Shown here: positions 59,954-64,000 of the stretch, piece by piece
Layout: every line of letters begins with the position of its first letter
Position numbering within the stretch: the first letter of the stretch is position 1
Source of the DNA: Podarcis filfolensis
Taxonomy: Eukaryota
DNA length: 64,000 nt
Reading direction: 5' to 3' (one strand)
Assembly (NCBI GenBank): GCA_964270895.1
Contig: OZ185440.1
Notes under the pieces: generated by a model
The model's database searches: none
Told to the model about the DNA's origin: nothing
The model's input: the letters and a program-made list of their open reading frames with translations, nothing else
Position numbers and translations under genes: made by a program

Positions 59954-60832
59954 AAGTGTGTTAGACCAGCAAAACTAGGGAACAATATTCTCTGTATCAG
60001 TACTTGGATTTTTCTGAGGTACTCACTGCTCAGGCAGTGCAGTGTATTAATTATTTCTAAATTTGCGCCTATATACACAAATTAGCTTTTGCAAATCCGC
60101 ATCCCCATTTTTATCACAATGCAGAAGTGGCCACCCTGCATCCGTACATGTCATGGTGATGTATCAAAAGCTACTTCCAGCACATTTGGGCACCTCTACG
60201 TTATCCTTTGCTGCATTTTCTCTGTGCCACACACTGGAACAATCTTCTCTCATTCTATGCAGGAAGGAAAGCACATGGCAACAGCAACAACCATGGTTAT
60301 TTAGGAACTACACTATTCAGAGTCTTTTCATTCCAGTTAACCAACTCAAGTTATTTGAAAGCATTTTTTTTCTGGCATATTCAGAAATTTGCAGGCATGT
60401 GTAGCAGAGCTAAGGAAAAGCTTAAGGACCCTAACCTTCCAACAGACCTCATTAATGCCTAAAACACATAGGCATGTGAGTGTTTGAGCTGTGGTAGTTG
60501 CCAATTCTTTGTTCTAGAAAGCCACAACAATGTCCTTCAGTACTGTGCATTGCAACTTAAGCAGGGGTGTGCCAATACACCTTTAAAAAAAGAAGAAGCT
60601 GGTTTTAAAGTTGAGACATGCCAAATCTGAAAGTAGATGCTCTCCATGTTGCAGAGACTAGATGCACATATTTCTTTGTTGCTTCAAGGACAAAGGAAGC
60701 ACTCATTCAATTAGAAGAGACATGGGGTTATGGCATAAAGCTTCGTTCCTTCAATAAAGAAAATTCTGGAAGACGAATGTTGACCTTAAGTCACAATAAG
60801 TGCTGTTAAAATAATGACTGTACTGTAAGTCT

Positions 60833-60834
<2 letters not shown>

Positions 60835-60894
<60 letters not shown>
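60835..60894. repeat. Compound (AC)n(AG)n microsatellite
   Basis: Read directly. Confidence 0.95.
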
Positions 60895-60896
<2 letters not shown>

Positions 60897-61339
60897 CTAC
60901 TGCTTTATAGACATGCAGAACTTTATCCCTTATATGGCTACCCTGCCCAGCAGATACCAGGGGCCGTTATGTAAGACACAAAAGAGTAAACTGGACTTGG
61001 GTGTTGTTTATCCTAAATGTTACCAAACACAAACGGCTCACTCAAATTGCTGCAGTTCTTCTACAGATGGGGCGGCAACCAAAGCCATCAAGTAAAGCTT
61101 CATTTGAGTCACAGCTTGCTAGGTCAGGATTCGGTCCTGAAATAACTATTTACAAAAGCCCGCCTTTTACTCACCTGCACTACACGCTCTCACACACCGA
61201 AGATGATAAGGCAGGGATGGTGAAAAATACCAGCCGTAAGGCATAAGTGTATATAATCATCTTTAGACATTTTTGCACCTGCAGCAAACTAGTAAATTGA
61301 TTCCAACCCTCTCCCTGTGCATTTTTGTTTTAACAGCAT

Positions 61340-62080
61340 GTACCAATAGAATATAAGAGCAGCCTTCTGGATTGGGCCAGTGGTGCCATCTAACCTAGCA
61401 CCCTGTTCCGGCCAGCCAGATGCCTGTGGGAAGCCCACAACCAGGGCTTCCTGAGGTTTCCAGAATCTAGTATTCAGAGGTATTACCACCTTCAACCATG
61501 GAAGCAGAGCACAGCCATCATGGTTAGTAGCCTTATTCGCCATGAAATTGTCAAATCCTCTTGTAAAGCCGTCTAAGTTGGTGGCTATCACTGGCTCCAG
61601 TAGGAGCAAGTTCTATGGTTTAATCATGAACTGCTTAGTATTTTCTTTAATGTGCCCTGAATATTCCAATATTCAGTTTCATTGGATGTCCAGAAATCCA
61701 AATAATTTGTCCAGCTTCTCTGCAATCTCCTTATGCTCCTTGTCTTCTCTTGTTTGAACAAGACTTCCTTTTTTTTTAAAAAAAAGGAAGCTTTCTTTTG
61801 ACTCTGTTCATCAACCACTTTGGCATGCTCTAGGCCCTCATGGTACCTTTCCTCATCTTCGGTATCCACTCCAGATGAGCTTCCACTATTGTGTTTTTAA
61901 ACAACTCCCAGGCATTTTGGAATGATTTGACCCTCTTGACTTTGCCTTTCAACTTCCTTTTTACCAATCCCCTCATTTGGGGGAAAATTCTTCTTTTGAA
62001 GTCAAATGTGACCATGTTGGATTTTCTTGGCAAATGGCCATTTACATGTACGTTTAATTTAATAGCACCATGGTCACTGC
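61340..62080 (-). mobile_element. Degenerate CR1 LINE, internally deleted
   Basis: CR1 3' end on the minus strand at 61340-61620; ORF2-like KSNMVT...F.KMRGLVKRKL...AWELFK.TI residues at 61830-62033. Confidence 0.7.
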
Positions 62081-63129
62081 TCCCAATTAGACTTTGGAGA
62101 TAAGAAAATGCTGCCCTTCTGAAATCTGCTACCTGCAGCTACTGCTTCATGTAATTTCATGGTCACATAGTCCTATTTGACACAAGCATTTCTGGTTAGG
62201 ATGATCTTTGTTGAGCACATTTTTCATAAAACTGCAATCCAATTCTTAAAAGTCCTCACTTATTAAAATCTATTGCACTGCATTTGCTTGCCTCCTCTTA
62301 CATCCTGCAGTCCTTGAGAGAAACATAAGCAAAAACACAACACAGGAATGCTAGTGATGGACCATTACTACTATCTAACATTGCCATTGCTCAAAATATG
62401 CCATCTTCTCCCTTCAATGTACTGTCCCAGGCAGTCATTTAAATTGCCTAGTGCAGTATTCCCCAACTGATGCTCAAGATCAATTGTGATTCTTGATTGT
62501 AAATCAGTCAAAGCAGTAGGACAGCAGAATATTACCTTGATTGTCCTATCTTTGTTATGGATATTCTTTTTCTAGCTGGCCCGTGAAGCCATTTACCCCA
62601 AACCATGCCCATTTGTCCATCAGCTGGCATCACCCAGTTGATGGGAAAGGAGTGGGGCTCAATTTCATTGGGTACCGATTCACTAGCTCATTCCCTGTGG
62701 AGAATGCTTGGGTGAAGAAGACCCTCATAGCCAACAAGATTGAACCTTCCACTCATCTGCTAGAAATTGAGCTAAACATTTGCTAAAATGTTCCCAGTAG
62801 GGAATGCACTGGTGAAACAGACCCATAACCCCAACTCCAAAGGACAACTCTGACGGGTGGGATCACCTACCTATCAGTCAGCTGCAGACAGTATCATGAT
62901 GTTAGATGGCAGACAGATCAATAGCCCTGCCGACCTGTCAACATTGGTCCACGAGCAGGGGTGGGGGGAGAGATAAAGATCTGTCCTGCCAGGCCAAAAA
63001 AGTTTCCCAGCTCTGTCTTAGAAGCGTTTTCCTAAAGTTTTTTTGTACCCCAAGTCTGTTGATAACTCTCTCTTGTTCATGGATGGTGTTGTTTGGGTGC
63101 AATCATTCAAAGACTTGATTACCACCAGC

Positions 63130-63213
63130 AGGTAGCTGCTATGTTAGTCTTTTTCAGCAAAAAAAAAGTCTAGTAGCACCTTAAAAACTAACAGATATTA
63201 TTAATATATGAGC
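63130..63213 (-). mobile_element. Older, truncated relative of the PLE-like element at 46902
   Basis: ggtagc..tgttagtct...tagtagcaccttaaaaactaac...tatgagc shares landmarks with ggtagccgtgttggtctg...agtagcaccttaaagaccaac...tatgagc. Confidence 0.65.
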
Positions 63214-64000
63214 AAGAGTTTTGTGTTGTAAATATTGCACCCCACCTTGATAATTTGAATGAGTTGGTGGAATATATATAACGTGAAGTACTTCTCTTCA
63301 TTGTTCCAGCCACTCCATTCCTTTCTCTCTCCCCCACCCCCTGCCACCAATTTCTCTACACCCTCTCCTGATAGCTGGTCAGCATTCCATGCCACAGAGC
63401 ATGCTCAGTTCTCACTGGGCTATTTTTGTCTTCCTAAGCAATAGCACTCAGAGAATCAAACTGAAATTAGAATACAGGACTGCTTTTCTCTCTTCCTGTG
63501 GCTTAATGGCTTGCTCAAACTAGGGATTTGTTTTGAACAGCTACATTATTTGCCTAAATTGTTTAAATGTTGTAGGATTTTAACTAGTCCATTTGGAGAA
63601 AAAGAAGCAGCTATTAGCATCTCAAATCTTCACTTAGATCTTCAGCAGGTACCAGGATTGTGCAGCTGGATGTGAAGACACATAGGAAAGCAGTTTCCAG
63701 CCCATCATCCAGGCTTTGATGCATGTACCATGCAACAGACTCTTTGGTTCAGGAGGTTAAAAGTTATTAACTGAAAATCAATTCAAATTATATATATATA
63801 GAAAAGAGAGGCCTTTTGCCGCAGTACACAATTCACTCCCCACAGATAGCTTTCCCCTGCACTGCAGGGAAAGAAAGCTGCAATATTTGCATGAAACCAG
63901 ATATCTTAAAAAAAACAAGGCACAGATGCAATACAACTTGTAAGTGCCATGTGAGGCTGTTTAGAATGTTTTGGTAACAAAAATTCAGGTAACTGAACAA

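Noticed and set aside
1-64000. CRISPR arrays, operons or other prokaryotic systems
   Set aside because: The sequence is intron-rich vertebrate DNA; no regularly spaced repeat-spacer array or bacterial gene cluster was seen.

Overview
Eukaryotic (vertebrate) genomic DNA, most likely a squamate reptile and probably a lacertid lizard, inferred from the Sauria SINE, Bov-B and lizard-type MITE content. Two host genes are transcribed divergently from neighbouring CpG islands near 41.5-43.9 kb. PATJ/INADL lies on the minus strand: 16 coding exons were reconstructed by hand (39702 down to 7392, 2100 nt = 700 codons, L27 + PDZ1-4 + start of PDZ5) and the gene continues off the left edge. TM2D1 lies on the plus strand with a complete 6-exon CDS (43623-54329, 206 aa), and its first intron is a U12-type AT-AC intron. 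A PATJ intron holds a full-length, apparently intact 6.87-kb L1 (11237-18105, sense to PATJ, 15-bp TSD, poly(A), two open ORFs). The most unexpected element is a 204-bp spacer-less palindrome in TM2D1 intron 4, flanked by a 12-13-bp TSD, in which each strand carries a minimal type I hammerhead ribozyme motif of the Penelope-like-element kind. A second perfect 78-bp inverted duplication lies downstream of the TM2D1 stop codon. The rest is SINEs, L2/CR1 fragments, MITEs and microsatellites. Repeat-family names and comparisons with human genes come from recall, not from database searches.
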